Below are positions 1-8,821 of a stretch of 64,000 bases of DNA, one piece after another. Each line of letters opens with the position of its first letter. Positions within the stretch are counted from its first letter, which is position 1. The position numbers and the translations under genes were made by a program. The DNA is taken from the IMG/VR virus record IMGVR_UViG_3300045988_175441, positions 9,959-73,958 of that record; one strand, 5' to 3'. The stretch is from a virus. Below the pieces are notes generated by a model, which was given only the letters and a program-made list of their open reading frames with translations, did not search any database and was not told the origin of the DNA.

Positions 1-140
1 GGTTTTACTTCATTAGCAGATACATTGTTGCTACCAAAAGCAACACCCAAGATAGCAAGCGCAAGGATAACTCCACACGCTCCAAATTTTGACGACTTAC
101 GGATTGAACCGTGAACCTTTGTTTCTTGTGATTTAAACAT
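1..140 (-). CDS. Cell-surface protein, N-terminal fragment with YSIRK-type signal peptide (gene runs off the left edge)
   Basis: Reverse-strand ATG at 140-138 preceded by AAGGAG. Translation is MFKSQETKVHGSIRKSSKFGACGVILALAILGVAFGSNNVSANEVK, showing a SIRK..G motif, a hydrophobic core and a VSA cleavage-like site. Truncated, so absent from the ORF track. Confidence 0.55.
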   Translation of the reverse strand, partial: MFKSQETKVHGSIRKSSKFGACGVILALAILGVAFGSNNVSANEVK

Positions 141-173
141 TATTTTCTTTTTCTCCTTTTTGTGTGTTAAAGA

Positions 174-452
174 TTAAGCATTGACTTTTTCTTTTAAAGC
201 CTTACCTGCTTTAAATGCAGGAACTTTGCTTGCCTTGATCGTGAGTTCTTTTCCTGTTTGTGGATTACGACCTTTACGCTCTGCACGATTGCGAACTTCA
301 AAGATACCAAAGCCATCAATACGGACTTTTTCGCCTTCTGCCAAGTGTCCAGCGATTGTTTTGAATACAAATTCAACAGCTTCTTTAGAAGCCGTTTTAG
401 TCAAACCCAACTCGCTTGCCATTGACTCGTAAATATCACGTTTTGCCTTCAT
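174..452 (-). CDS. hup: HU/IHF-family histone-like DNA-binding protein (copy 1)
   Basis: 92 aa. Carries [41 protein letters not shown], the classic HU arm signature. Paralogue of 40219..40497. Confidence 0.9.
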   Translation of the reverse strand: MKAKRDIYESMASELGLTKTASKEAVEFVFKTIAGHLAEGEKVRIDGFGIFEVRNRAERKGRNPQTGKELTIKASKVPAFKAGKALKEKVNA

Positions 453-491
453 TTCTTCTTAACCCCCTTTTAATTATTTAATACATTTTAG

Positions 492-520
492 ATTATATCA
501 TCATTCTTTAGAAAAAACAA
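492..520 (-). promoter_or_regulatory. Extended -10 promoter for HU copy 1 (minus strand)
   Basis: Reverse complement reads TTGTTT-N17-TATAAT with TGA immediately upstream (TGATATAAT). Confidence 0.5.
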
Positions 521-531
521 GAGATAAACTC

Positions 532-575
532 AAAAAAAGTATTATTTTATAAAATATAAAATAATACTTTTTCTT
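532..575. terminator. Bidirectional rho-independent terminator
   Basis: Perfect 12-bp stem AGTATTATTTTA/TAAAATAATACT (538-568), flanked by an A-run and a T-run. Ends the minus-strand operon at 581. Confidence 0.75.
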
Positions 576-580
576 TTTTA

Positions 581-1741
581 TTAGCCTATGAACTCAACGT
601 TTATTGATTTCACTAGTGGTTCTTCTAACCAAAAAGTGTTCATTAGTTCTTTTTCTCCTGACAAAAATTTCCTATAAACCTCATATTCTGATAGCTTTGT
701 ATCAAGCAATTTCTTTGATAAATCAGCCATATCTCCATTGAATTTTACGGTTGCTTTTGGTTTCTGCGCCAATAATTTTTCAACAGGTACATGACGTTCT
801 TCTGCCAATACTTCAAGTTTCTTATAGTAAGGGTTATTTGGGCTAGGAGTTGCTACTAAACGTTGCAAGATTTCATCTGGATTGAAACTCTCTGCCAATC
901 TCTTAGAGATTTTCTGGATAGCCACTCTCTCAGACGCAATCTGCTTATTTCTTTCTTCCCACTCGGTCACGCTGTCTAACAGTTCAACATTCTTACTTAG
1001 CTTTCTAAAAATGCTAGGCAAACATAAGAGCGTGTTAAAGTCATCAGCAGTCATTTTAGGTATGCTATCTAGCGCTTGTGGTCTATTTATATTCAAGATC
1101 AACGTCATCAAAAGGACAATCTCACTCTCGTTCCCTTGCGTGTTGACCTTCACTTGATAGTGAGTGTTGTTTAGCTTCGCATTGTCAAGCCCTACTTCCT
1201 TGGTTTTATCCCTAAATTCTTCAACCAACTCAGGGTAACTATCAATATTTTCTGTCAGGAGCTTATTGACCTGCATAGCGTCAAACAGTCTATAGAAATT
1301 ATCAAGCAATTCTTCTGAACCACTCATTCTATGCTCCCACTTTTCAAGTGTTTCATTCAGGACTACTTCTAAATCCAATAAATGGCTTTTGCTCCATTCT
1401 TTCAACGCCATTTCCGTTGCTCGTCCTGTGTCAAAGAACTCCCTCAAACCGTCTCTCAGGTCATCATCTGTGATATAGCCTTCATTGATACCTAATTCTA
1501 CCCACTTGTCATAAGACGCTTTCAGGCGTGGTTTTAAGTGCCAATCCACGTCAATATACGTCACGCCTTTAGGAAAGCCCTCTGTATGCAGATAATCTTC
1601 TACAAGCTCCTTAATGGTGCTTGGTTCAGCTTCAATCAAGGTTGCTGTAAAGTCCTGCAAGTCAAAGCGTTTTTCAAACATGAGGATTGCTTGTTTTAAT
1701 GAATCATCTTTATTTTCTGATTTTCGTTTAATCGTAACCAT
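581..1741 (-). CDS. Hypothetical protein, 386 aa, soluble and helical
   Basis: Long ORF, last gene of the minus-strand operon. No motif recognised. Confidence 0.7.
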   Translation of the reverse strand: MVTIKRKSENKDDSLKQAILMFEKRFDLQDFTATLIEAEPSTIKELVEDYLHTEGFPKGVTYIDVDWHLKPRLKASYDKWVELGINEGYITDDDLRDGLREFFDTGRATEMALKEWSKSHLLDLEVVLNETLEKWEHRMSGSEELLDNFYRLFDAMQVNKLLTENIDSYPELVEEFRDKTKEVGLDNAKLNNTHYQVKVNTQGNESEIVLLMTLILNINRPQALDSIPKMTADDFNTLLCLPSIFRKLSKNVELLDSVTEWEERNKQIASERVAIQKISKRLAESFNPDEILQRLVATPSPNNPYYKKLEVLAEERHVPVEKLLAQKPKATVKFNGDMADLSKKLLDTKLSEYEVYRKFLSGEKELMNTFWLEEPLVKSINVEFIG

Positions 1742-1777
1742 ATCTACTCTCCTTCGTGTTGTCTATTTTATTGTATC

Positions 1778-1812
1778 AAAAAAAGCAAGCTATTTGTGAA
1801 CTTGCTTTTTTG
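1778..1812. terminator. Hairpin terminator or attenuator
   Basis: AGCAAG/CTTGCT stem with an A-run on the left and a T-run on the right. Confidence 0.45.
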
Positions 1813-1814
1813 CT

Positions 1815-2288
1815 TTAGACAACAGCCATCAGCTCTTTTGAGCGTTTGAGCTGTTCTGTTAGTTCTGAGACTTGACTAGATAGGTCATTAGCTTCCTTAG
1901 AAAAGCCTTGGATCGCACGAATAACACTTGAATAAAGTTCTTTATCTTCTGGCTCAGCTTCCTTTTCGCCTTCTTCTAGGACGGTAAGGTTGTGACTAGC
2001 CCAATCCTCTAGCTTGTTAAGTGGTACAACTAGGTCACATAGTGCTTTTAGTTCTGTCTCAATATCCTCTTGGCTAGAGATAGTACCAAAGGCTACAAAC
2101 TGGATAGCTTGTTCTTGGTCGCCAAAGACTTTCTTATCTTCCTCAGACAAGTCTCCCCCTGCGTCATCAATTCTATGTAGCCACGTTTCTAGTTTAGCAC
2201 CAAATAGCTTCTTATTCTCTGCTAGGTTCTTGACTGCAAAGTTCAAGCCTGCCAAAGTATAGCCTTGAATTGAAATAACTTCTGCCAT
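1815..2288 (-). CDS. Hypothetical acidic protein, 157 aa
   Basis: ORF tightly packed against its neighbours. No motif recognised. Confidence 0.65.
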   Translation of the reverse strand: MAEVISIQGYTLAGLNFAVKNLAENKKLFGAKLETWLHRIDDAGGDLSEEDKKVFGDQEQAIQFVAFGTISSQEDIETELKALCDLVVPLNKLEDWASHNLTVLEEGEKEAEPEDKELYSSVIRAIQGFSKEANDLSSQVSELTEQLKRSKELMAVV

Positions 2289-2290
2289 AT

Positions 2291-2851
2291 CTACTCTCCT
2301 TCCCTGTAAGTTGCAAGTTGAATCTGCTCTGTCATAGTATCGTAGTTTCCTGAGTAAACTAGGATATTCTTGCCATCAGTAAACGTGATTGTAAACTGTA
2401 GCGTTCCTTCCAAGTTAGACTTGAAAACCTTAGTTTTAGAAGCGTCATACTTGTATTTTAGGAGCATTTTTTCCTTGATAATCATTAAGTCTTTACGATA
2501 GCTAGATAGGTCATGGTTTAGCCTATCTGGTACGATTGAGTTTTTATCAGGAGATTTTTCAAGAGCTTCAACCATCTTCTGGATCATCTTCTTAGTTGTC
2601 TCTGCTTGCTCTCCTGTCACTTGTTCATTGGGTTTTTCAAGTGTCTTTTCTAGCTCCTTTTGAGGATTGCTAGTGATGATTTCTACCTTTTCGGTTGTTT
2701 CTTCCTGAGTGGTAGTAGTTTGAACGCTTGCTTCCTCTAACTTAAACTGTTGCCCTTCGGACTTCTTGTTAAAGAATAGAAAGAAAGAAGCTGTACCAAC
2801 CAGAACAAGCCCAATCAACCCAATCAATAGTCTTTTGGTAAATCTATTCAT
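2291..2851 (-). CDS. N-terminally membrane-anchored protein, paralogue of 22538..23143
   Basis: TM segment LLIGLIGLVLVGTASFFLFF. Shares QFKLEE..TTT, LEKPxExxxGE and GNYxxxxxQIQ blocks with the T4SS-proximal protein at 22538. Confidence 0.7.
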   Translation of the reverse strand: MNRFTKRLLIGLIGLVLVGTASFFLFFNKKSEGQQFKLEEASVQTTTTQEETTEKVEIITSNPQKELEKTLEKPNEQVTGEQAETTKKMIQKMVEALEKSPDKNSIVPDRLNHDLSSYRKDLMIIKEKMLLKYKYDASKTKVFKSNLEGTLQFTITFTDGKNILVYSGNYDTMTEQIQLATYREGE

Positions 2852-2853
2852 AG

Positions 2854-3756
2854 TTATTCTCCTGTCTTATGATGGTTAAAATCCTCTTTGTTCTCAGCCG
2901 TATTATACTTGCCTTTGTCGTCTCTTACTGTGTTCCCTTTTAGCAGGTCATTGATTTTCTTAAAGTAAGTATTCATATCTGAGTAACCTTGAATCGCGCC
3001 TGTATAGGTACAAGCAAGGATTTTACCTTCTTTATTTGTCTTAACAATGTAGTTAAGTAGGGCAAAGTCTCGCTTATCGTTCGTGACTGGAACTAGCACC
3101 TGAAAATATCGGTTTGCACTAGTTGAACCACTCATAACTGATACCATGACTGGACTAGCTAAAGAGGTAGTTGACTGCGTTTCTTTCCCCCAAGAATGAG
3201 AAGCTAAAAGATTATAAATGTTTTGTTGAACACTTAGGTCAGCTTCCCCTTCGGTTTTCTTATCCTTATCCTTATTTTTCGCCTTATCTTCACTTCCTAC
3301 GCTATCTACAGAAGCACTAGAAGCAAGGTAAGGTTTCAAACTCTTATAAGCTGTATCAACTTTCGTATCAAAGCGAATCCCAACTAGCGTTTTAAAGAAA
3401 TTATTTAAGTCTGTATCAGCGTTTAGCTTAGTAAAGTTCAAAGCAAAGTCAGTTTCTTCTCCGTTTTTGTCCTTTTCCTGCTCTGCTTGAATATCAGCAA
3501 GCTGTCCTTGAACTACCTTCAACTCGTTATTTTCAAGCTCTCCAATCTGCGTTGGCAAATCCTGTGTTGAAAACAACTTGCCTACTTCGTCAGTCGTGTA
3601 AGACTGCGTGACTGTGACTTTCTTAGAGAAGAATACCCCACCTAAAATAAAGGCTACAATAACAGGGATAATCGTAACAAACGTGATTTTTTTCCAATCT
3701 GACGCTTTTACTAAATCCTCTAGGTCGTCTAGCCATATTCCAATTTTTTCAAACAT
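2854..3756 (-). CDS. Membrane-anchored protein, 300 aa
   Basis: Single TM (ITFVTIIPVIVAFILGGVFF) followed by a large extracytoplasmic part. Confidence 0.7.
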   Translation of the reverse strand: MFEKIGIWLDDLEDLVKASDWKKITFVTIIPVIVAFILGGVFFSKKVTVTQSYTTDEVGKLFSTQDLPTQIGELENNELKVVQGQLADIQAEQEKDKNGEETDFALNFTKLNADTDLNNFFKTLVGIRFDTKVDTAYKSLKPYLASSASVDSVGSEDKAKNKDKDKKTEGEADLSVQQNIYNLLASHSWGKETQSTTSLASPVMVSVMSGSTSANRYFQVLVPVTNDKRDFALLNYIVKTNKEGKILACTYTGAIQGYSDMNTYFKKINDLLKGNTVRDDKGKYNTAENKEDFNHHKTGE

Positions 3757-3763
3757 ATCTTAC

Positions 3764-4129
3764 TTACCCTTCATCTGGACTATCCCAAAAAGCAGAACCG
3801 TCAATATCAATATCGCCTTCTGTATGAAAAATATCGCTTCTAGGGAGCTTTTCTAACCAACCCATAAATTCTTCACTCCCTACTACGCCACCTTTCATGA
3901 TATTTTCTTCTGGCATATTGACGAGATCCACTTCTAGGTTCTTATATAAATCTGGGCGCAATACAATTCTTTCTTCGATTTTGCGCCATTCTAACAACGA
4001 TATGAACACATAATGGTCTTTCTTATCACTCTTACGCTGTAGATTTTCGACTAGGCGTTCTACTCGTTGCTTTTCATACTTGTTTAATCGCCTTGTATTC
4101 AAGCGAACAAAAATATAATTCTGAGCCAT
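3764..4129 (-). CDS. Hypothetical protein, 121 aa
   Basis: ORF abutting the next gene (stop and start adjacent). Confidence 0.6.
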   Translation of the reverse strand: MAQNYIFVRLNTRRLNKYEKQRVERLVENLQRKSDKKDHYVFISLLEWRKIEERIVLRPDLYKNLEVDLVNMPEENIMKGGVVGSEEFMGWLEKLPRSDIFHTEGDIDIDGSAFWDSPDEG

Positions 4130-4561
4130 TTATTCTACATTTGCACTTTCTTTACGTTCAATATAGGTCAAAACAGAAGCATAGTCAAAGACTGCAATCT
4201 TTTCTTCGTTTTCTCCTGTCTTAACCACTCCCCAAAGATTACCGTCTCCATCTAAGCGATAAACTCGCATAGTTACTCCGTCCGATAGGTTGAATACCCC
4301 ACCTAATGTATCATCTTTGTTGATATACAAGCCATTCTTCACTAGAGCATTTCTGAGCGCTTGATAATCTTCCTTGGAAAGTTCTCCTTTTTCTTCTTTC
4401 TGAGCATATAAACTCTCTGGAACTTCTACGTTGTTATCTACGGTTGCTACCTGCTTTGAGCAGGCTACACCAACTACACAAAAAGCAAGCAGAAAGCTAA
4501 GACTAATAGCCTTTCGTAGCAATCCAAGTTTTAAAGTGTTGTTCTGCTTTGTTGTCATCAT
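4130..4561 (-). CDS. Putative lipoprotein
   Basis: Lipobox-like LLAFCVVGVAC-S after a basic N-region. The start is uncertain because it overlaps the upstream gene by 59 nt. Confidence 0.6.
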   Translation of the reverse strand: MMTTKQNNTLKLGLLRKAISLSFLLAFCVVGVACSKQVATVDNNVEVPESLYAQKEEKGELSKEDYQALRNALVKNGLYINKDDTLGGVFNLSDGVTMRVYRLDGDGNLWGVVKTGENEEKIAVFDYASVLTYIERKESANVE

Positions 4562-5348
4562 AGTAAGTCTCCTTCAAATACAAGTGAGCTTGTTCTGATT
4601 TTTGTAACCCTGTGAGCATAGCTTCAATATCGTTTTCCATACGCTGTAAGCATTGGTTTAGGTATTGAGCAAGCGTAAGCGTATCTTCTGGATCACTTAC
4701 CTTGCGTCCTGACCATCTGTCATAAGTAAAGTCAGGTTTTAAAGCAAACTTCCAAGTATCGGTTGCTGTGATGTTGTTTTCTCGCAACAGCTCCTCATAA
4801 CGCTTGTAGCTCTTGTAGAACTCTTTTAGTTCTTCTGAACTCTCAAAGTCCTCTTGTGAGTAAATAGGGAAATTAAAGTATTCTACCGTATAGATGATAT
4901 GCTCTAACCCTTTAATATCGTTCTCTACTAAGTGGTTTTCATCAGGAACTACCAAGTTGCCCCAATCTGTAATATCGTAGATAACTGGACGGACGTAATC
5001 TCCCCAATCCACGTTTTCTTCTTCATCAACGACTGGTACAGTTTCAAGCATATAGTCTTTCTTAAAGCTATCCATACGCTTCTTCCATTCCAACACTTGC
5101 TCGTCATACCAATCAGCAAGCAATTCTACATAGAAAGTTCCACTTTCTTCCTCGTCTTTTTGAATCGCATAGTCCTGCGCACTTTCAATAGCTTCAAAGA
5201 TTGTAAGCTCTGCATAGTCCTTTTCTAAAAACTGACGGTATTCTGCCAAAAAGCTATTGTAGGAAGCCATCACTCTTTCTAGTAGTTCTTTATTGTTCTC
5301 TACTACGAATAGGAACTCCTCTTTAATTTGTTCTTCTGTTTTTGCCAT
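4503..5348 (-). CDS. Hypothetical acidic protein, 281 aa
   Basis: Long ORF in the operon. No motif recognised. Confidence 0.65.
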   Translation of the reverse strand: MAKTEEQIKEEFLFVVENNKELLERVMASYNSFLAEYRQFLEKDYAELTIFEAIESAQDYAIQKDEEESGTFYVELLADWYDEQVLEWKKRMDSFKKDYMLETVPVVDEEENVDWGDYVRPVIYDITDWGNLVVPDENHLVENDIKGLEHIIYTVEYFNFPIYSQEDFESSEELKEFYKSYKRYEELLRENNITATDTWKFALKPDFTYDRWSGRKVSDPEDTLTLAQYLNQCLQRMENDIEAMLTGLQKSEQAHLYLKETYYDDNKAEQHFKTWIATKGY

Positions 5349-5363
5349 GTATCTTCTCTCTTT

Positions 5364-6017
5364 CTAGTATTTTGTATCACTTGCAATTTTATTGATGTTT
5401 TCATCTAGGATTTCAATGCCACTATCTGTATGATAGCCTAGACGTAGGACTTCTCCTGTTTCTCGGTTGTAAACAGAAGGAACTTTGTCAATATCAGGAT
5501 AATGTTTTACATATTCCTCGCCAAAAGAACTTGTCACGTCCACATAGACTATTGCTGTTTGCGCTCTACCTGTTAGACTTTGTAGTTTTGGAACTGTTGC
5601 CTGACACGCTTCACACGTTGGGTTCATAAATACTATGTATGAGCTACCCTCGATTGCAGACTTATCCTTATCTGATACCGAAAAGACAAAGTTAGGATTG
5701 CTTTGATCTAATAACCTAAATCCATCTGCACCCATATAGCCTATGTAGGTTCTTGAAAACAAGCTAAAGCCTAACCAAACAACCGTTGCTGTCACCCCTG
5801 CACCAAATACAACCCACTTCCAAACAGTTTTAAAGTTAAATAGAACAGGTATCAGCCCAACTGTAAAAGGTAGAATCATAAAGCCTAATACATGATAATA
5901 ATGCTTGAATGAATACCCTAACTGGAAAGGAAGAAGGAGCAATACTGCTATCAAGATGACTTTCAGTACAAAAAATAACCACTCCTGCGAATTAAACTCC
6001 GAAAATTTCAACTTCAT
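5364..6017 (-). CDS. Polytopic membrane protein with C-terminal thioredoxin-like CxxC domain
   Basis: About 4 TM helices, then FMNPTCEACQATVPKLQ (CxxC in a thioredoxin-fold context). Confidence 0.6.
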   Translation of the reverse strand: MKLKFSEFNSQEWLFFVLKVILIAVLLLLPFQLGYSFKHYYHVLGFMILPFTVGLIPVLFNFKTVWKWVVFGAGVTATVVWLGFSLFSRTYIGYMGADGFRLLDQSNPNFVFSVSDKDKSAIEGSSYIVFMNPTCEACQATVPKLQSLTGRAQTAIVYVDVTSSFGEEYVKHYPDIDKVPSVYNRETGEVLRLGYHTDSGIEILDENINKIASDTKY

Positions 6018-7276
6018 TAGTTGCTCCCTTCTTTCTTCTTAGTAGAATTTGAACTTTTTGTCTGTACTTCCTTTGAATCAGATTTCTGTTTTTCATCTTT
6101 CTTAGAAGAATCATCAGAACTTTTCGGTTTTTCGTCCTTCTTATTCTCGGTTTTCTTCGCTTTAGCTTTTGAGTTTTCAATGAACTTCTGTACCCACTCG
6201 TCATCATAGACAACCTTTTCCCCTTTAGCGTCAAAGACGGTCAAAGAGCCTGTTGACTGGTCGTACTTCTGAATAAAGTATCTCTTGTTCTCAAACGTAA
6301 AATACCCTGTAAGACCTGTCTTATCGTTCTGCTTGATAGTATCAAAGGCTGTTGTGAGCGACTTAACGTTGGTGTCAAACTCTCCACTAGATAAACCTGC
6401 TCCTGCTTCTTCCTTCTTAGGAGCTTCTTCCATGATTTTTGCGACTTCCTGTTCAGCAAGGCTCGTATTCTTACTGTTAGTATTGATTTGCCAAAAAGCC
6501 AATCCACCAATCGCAAGCACGGTAGGGATACCAACTGCAATATACTTCAAAACACCGTTTTTCTTACGTTTTTTCACTTTTTTACCCTCGTCTGGTTCAA
6601 CTTCTGCGTCAGGTTCGTCCGTGTCAGCTTCAACTTCGTTGTCAGCTTCTTCTGGAAGGTCAACCTCAGTATCTTCTGGTTCTTCTGTCGCTTCTTCAAT
6701 TTCAGGCTCAGGTTCTTCTGTAGGTTCTACATAGGTTTCTGGCTCTACTGGTTCAGGAACGGTTGTTTCTGGTTGTTCCTCAACTGGTTCAATCTCAGCT
6801 ACTTCCTCGCTTACAATCGGTTCTGTAGCTTCTACTGGTTCTTCAATAGGCTCTTGGACTTCCTCTTTTGGTTTTGGAGAAGCAAGTCTCATTTTCTTCC
6901 TTGGAGCAACTGCTTTAGGAGTTCTATCTGTATGCTGTGGAGCAACTATAATAGAGTTCCCTTCTTTAGTTTCTGCTTCCTTGGGTTGTTCAACCTGTTC
7001 TTCTGGCTTGTCTGCCTTCAACTCATTGTATAGAGCCATAAAGCTATCCTGACCGTTATTCTTAACATAAAGGTCAATCACTAGCCCTACAAGAACATTG
7101 TAAAGCTCAGTTTGTTCTTCTGATTTTCCTTGGAACTCATACGTCAGGATTTTTGTAAGTTCAGAATCGCTTACTTGACCGTCTTGTAAGAATTGCAACA
7201 TAGCTTTTAATCGTTGTTGCCCCAAAGCAGGTTGATTATCTATTTGCTCTCGCAAGGCTTCATACTTACTAATCAT
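6017..7276 (-). CDS. Acidic P/E-rich bitopic membrane protein; C-terminal domain paralogous to 21888..22520
   Basis: Long EPVEE/PEPE low-complexity linker and TM LKYIAVGIPTVLAIGGLAFW. The C-terminal block LTGYFTFENKRYFIQKYDQSTG matches LTGYFTSNNKIYKVITYDRETG. Confidence 0.7.
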   Translation of the reverse strand: MISKYEALREQIDNQPALGQQRLKAMLQFLQDGQVSDSELTKILTYEFQGKSEEQTELYNVLVGLVIDLYVKNNGQDSFMALYNELKADKPEEQVEQPKEAETKEGNSIIVAPQHTDRTPKAVAPRKKMRLASPKPKEEVQEPIEEPVEATEPIVSEEVAEIEPVEEQPETTVPEPVEPETYVEPTEEPEPEIEEATEEPEDTEVDLPEEADNEVEADTDEPDAEVEPDEGKKVKKRKKNGVLKYIAVGIPTVLAIGGLAFWQINTNSKNTSLAEQEVAKIMEEAPKKEEAGAGLSSGEFDTNVKSLTTAFDTIKQNDKTGLTGYFTFENKRYFIQKYDQSTGSLTVFDAKGEKVVYDDEWVQKFIENSKAKAKKTENKKDEKPKSSDDSSKKDEKQKSDSKEVQTKSSNSTKKKEGSN

Positions 7277-7291
7277 CTGTTCTCCTCTCTA

Positions 7292-7666
7292 TCAATCTAC
7301 AATTTCAATCTTGTTATCGCTACTCAACTTGTATCTGCCTAACTTAATAGACGATACCGTAATTGTTAGCTGTGAACGAACGTGAGTTACTTTTTCAATC
7401 TCCATATCGTCCATCGTTACCTTATGCCCACTTTTCATTGAATCTACTGGCAAACCTCTGCCATTTGAACCAATTAAGCGAACAAACACTAGTTCTTCCT
7501 CGTTAGTAGAATCAACTTTGACATTCTGCAAGATAATTCTAATCTCGTCTGATGACTTTTCATAAGCGCAGACTGTTTCAAATTCTGCTTCTTCAAAAAT
7601 TAAGTCTTGGTTAATTCCTCGAAAGAACATTAGACCTTGTATTTTTTCTGCTTCAATAGCTACCAT
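7292..7666 (-). CDS. Hypothetical protein, 124 aa
   Basis: ORF abutting 7667..8137. Confidence 0.6.
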   Translation of the reverse strand: MVAIEAEKIQGLMFFRGINQDLIFEEAEFETVCAYEKSSDEIRIILQNVKVDSTNEEELVFVRLIGSNGRGLPVDSMKSGHKVTMDDMEIEKVTHVRSQLTITVSSIKLGRYKLSSDNKIEIVD

Positions 7667-8137
7667 CTAATCTCTCCCACTATAAAATTCTTTCAGGTTT
7701 TCTTGTTCTCTATCAATCAGGACAAGACCACCTGTATAGACAAATAACTTCTCATAAGAGACAACTTTGACGTATGAATCCTCAAAGTCAAACTCTACAT
7801 AAGGGTTTTCCGAACGCATGACTTGACCTGCCTGTACTTCTCGGTTAGAAGGCGTGTCAAGATACAAGCGAAATAGTCTGCCTGTATTGTTTGCGACATT
7901 GCCATCTTGGTAGGGTGGATAGATTGTGTTATCTTCCTCAATCTCTACCAATAGTTTTAATGGCTTAGTGCTTAACACCTCTGCCACCTTTAGTTTTTTG
8001 TCTGCAAAAAATCCTTCAATATCAAACGTCTTATAACGCTCAAAGTTTGTATAGTTCCTTGTCTTTTCATACGTTGGAACGTGTTTTATTGACTTTCTTA
8101 CTTCCACTTTCTTTTTCCTTCTTTCGTTGCGCTTCAA
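7667..8137 (-). CDS. Hypothetical protein, 156 aa (start uncertain)
   Basis: ORF overlaps the upstream gene by 71 nt, and there is no internal ATG that would relieve the overlap. Confidence 0.55.
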   Translation of the reverse strand: MKRNERRKKKVEVRKSIKHVPTYEKTRNYTNFERYKTFDIEGFFADKKLKVAEVLSTKPLKLLVEIEEDNTIYPPYQDGNVANNTGRLFRLYLDTPSNREVQAGQVMRSENPYVEFDFEDSYVKVVSYEKLFVYTGGLVLIDREQENLKEFYSGRD

Positions 8138-8567
8138 TTTCTAAATCGTTTATGTAGTCTAGGAGTTGGATCATCTTAGCAATGCTAAAGTGAAATTCCT
8201 TATCTCCTGTATAGAGCTGTCTAATGCTATTGGTTGCAATAGCAGAACCAACTTCATCTGTCTCCTTCAATTCTTTTCTCCACTTGAAAAAGAACTGCTT
8301 ATCTCGGTCAAATATCTTGCGTAGTTTTTTCTCAAAGTATTTGCCCTTCTTATGTTTATCTAAAATTTTACATAGTTGCAGGATAACTGTACCTCGCAAC
8401 CTAAAGAACTTCTCTTTATCTTTCGTATAGAAGATTTTAGAGGTAGTTCCGATTTTCATTCCACTTACTACAAAGTCTTTAGGAGCAAGTTTATTTTCTT
8501 CAATAAACTGCATGATTTCATCTGTTAGAGCATTATATTCTTTTTCAATAATCTTATGTTTTTGCAA
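8067..8567 (-). CDS. Hypothetical protein, 166 aa, first gene of the minus-strand operon (possible regulator)
   Basis: ORF divergent from parA. Basic C-terminus. No firm motif. Confidence 0.55.
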   Translation of the reverse strand: MQKHKIIEKEYNALTDEIMQFIEENKLAPKDFVVSGMKIGTTSKIFYTKDKEKFFRLRGTVILQLCKILDKHKKGKYFEKKLRKIFDRDKQFFFKWRKELKETDEVGSAIATNSIRQLYTGDKEFHFSIAKMIQLLDYINDLEIEAQRKKEKESGSKKVNKTRSNV

Positions 8568-8689
8568 GTTTATCTCCTCTCTTTGTTGTTTTTATATAAT
8601 CTATAATACCATTATTATTTCTATCTTACAACTATATAAATAAAGGTTTTTATAATTTTAAAAAAATTAAACTTTTTTTATCTTTTCTA

Positions 8690-8718
8690 TTGACATGAGT
8701 TTTTCATTATGGTATTAT
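8690..8718 (+). promoter_or_regulatory. parA promoter
   Basis: TTGACA (8690-8695), N17, then TATTAT (8713-8718) with TGG upstream (extended -10). Confidence 0.65.
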
Positions 8719-8731
8719 TAAATCGTGTTAA

Positions 8732-8749
8732 GTGATTATATTTTTGTGT
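8732..8749 (-). promoter_or_regulatory. ACACAAAAAnATAATC box (inverted orientation) between the parA promoter and its start
   Basis: GTGATTATATTTTTGTGT is the reverse complement of ACACAAAAATATAATCAC. Confidence 0.5.
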
Positions 8750-8776
8750 CTGATGATTATTTTTTGATTTATCTCA

Positions 8777-8792
8777 ACACAAAAAGATAACC
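8777..8792 (+). promoter_or_regulatory. ACACAAAAAGATAAC box (forward)
   Basis: ACACAAAAAGATAACC lies 30 nt upstream of the parA ATG. Confidence 0.5.
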
Positions 8793-8821
8793 ACAATCTT
8801 ATATTATTTCAGGAGTATATT

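Noticed and set aside
5992-7033. Alternative-frame ORFs inside 6017..7276 (5992..6234, 6241..6540, 6285..6734, 6488..7033, 6021..6209).
   Set aside because: They lie within or antisense to a long gene with a low-complexity GAA/CCA-rich repeat. Their composition is biased (S/F/L-rich), they have no SDs, and the minus-strand operon frame is continuous.
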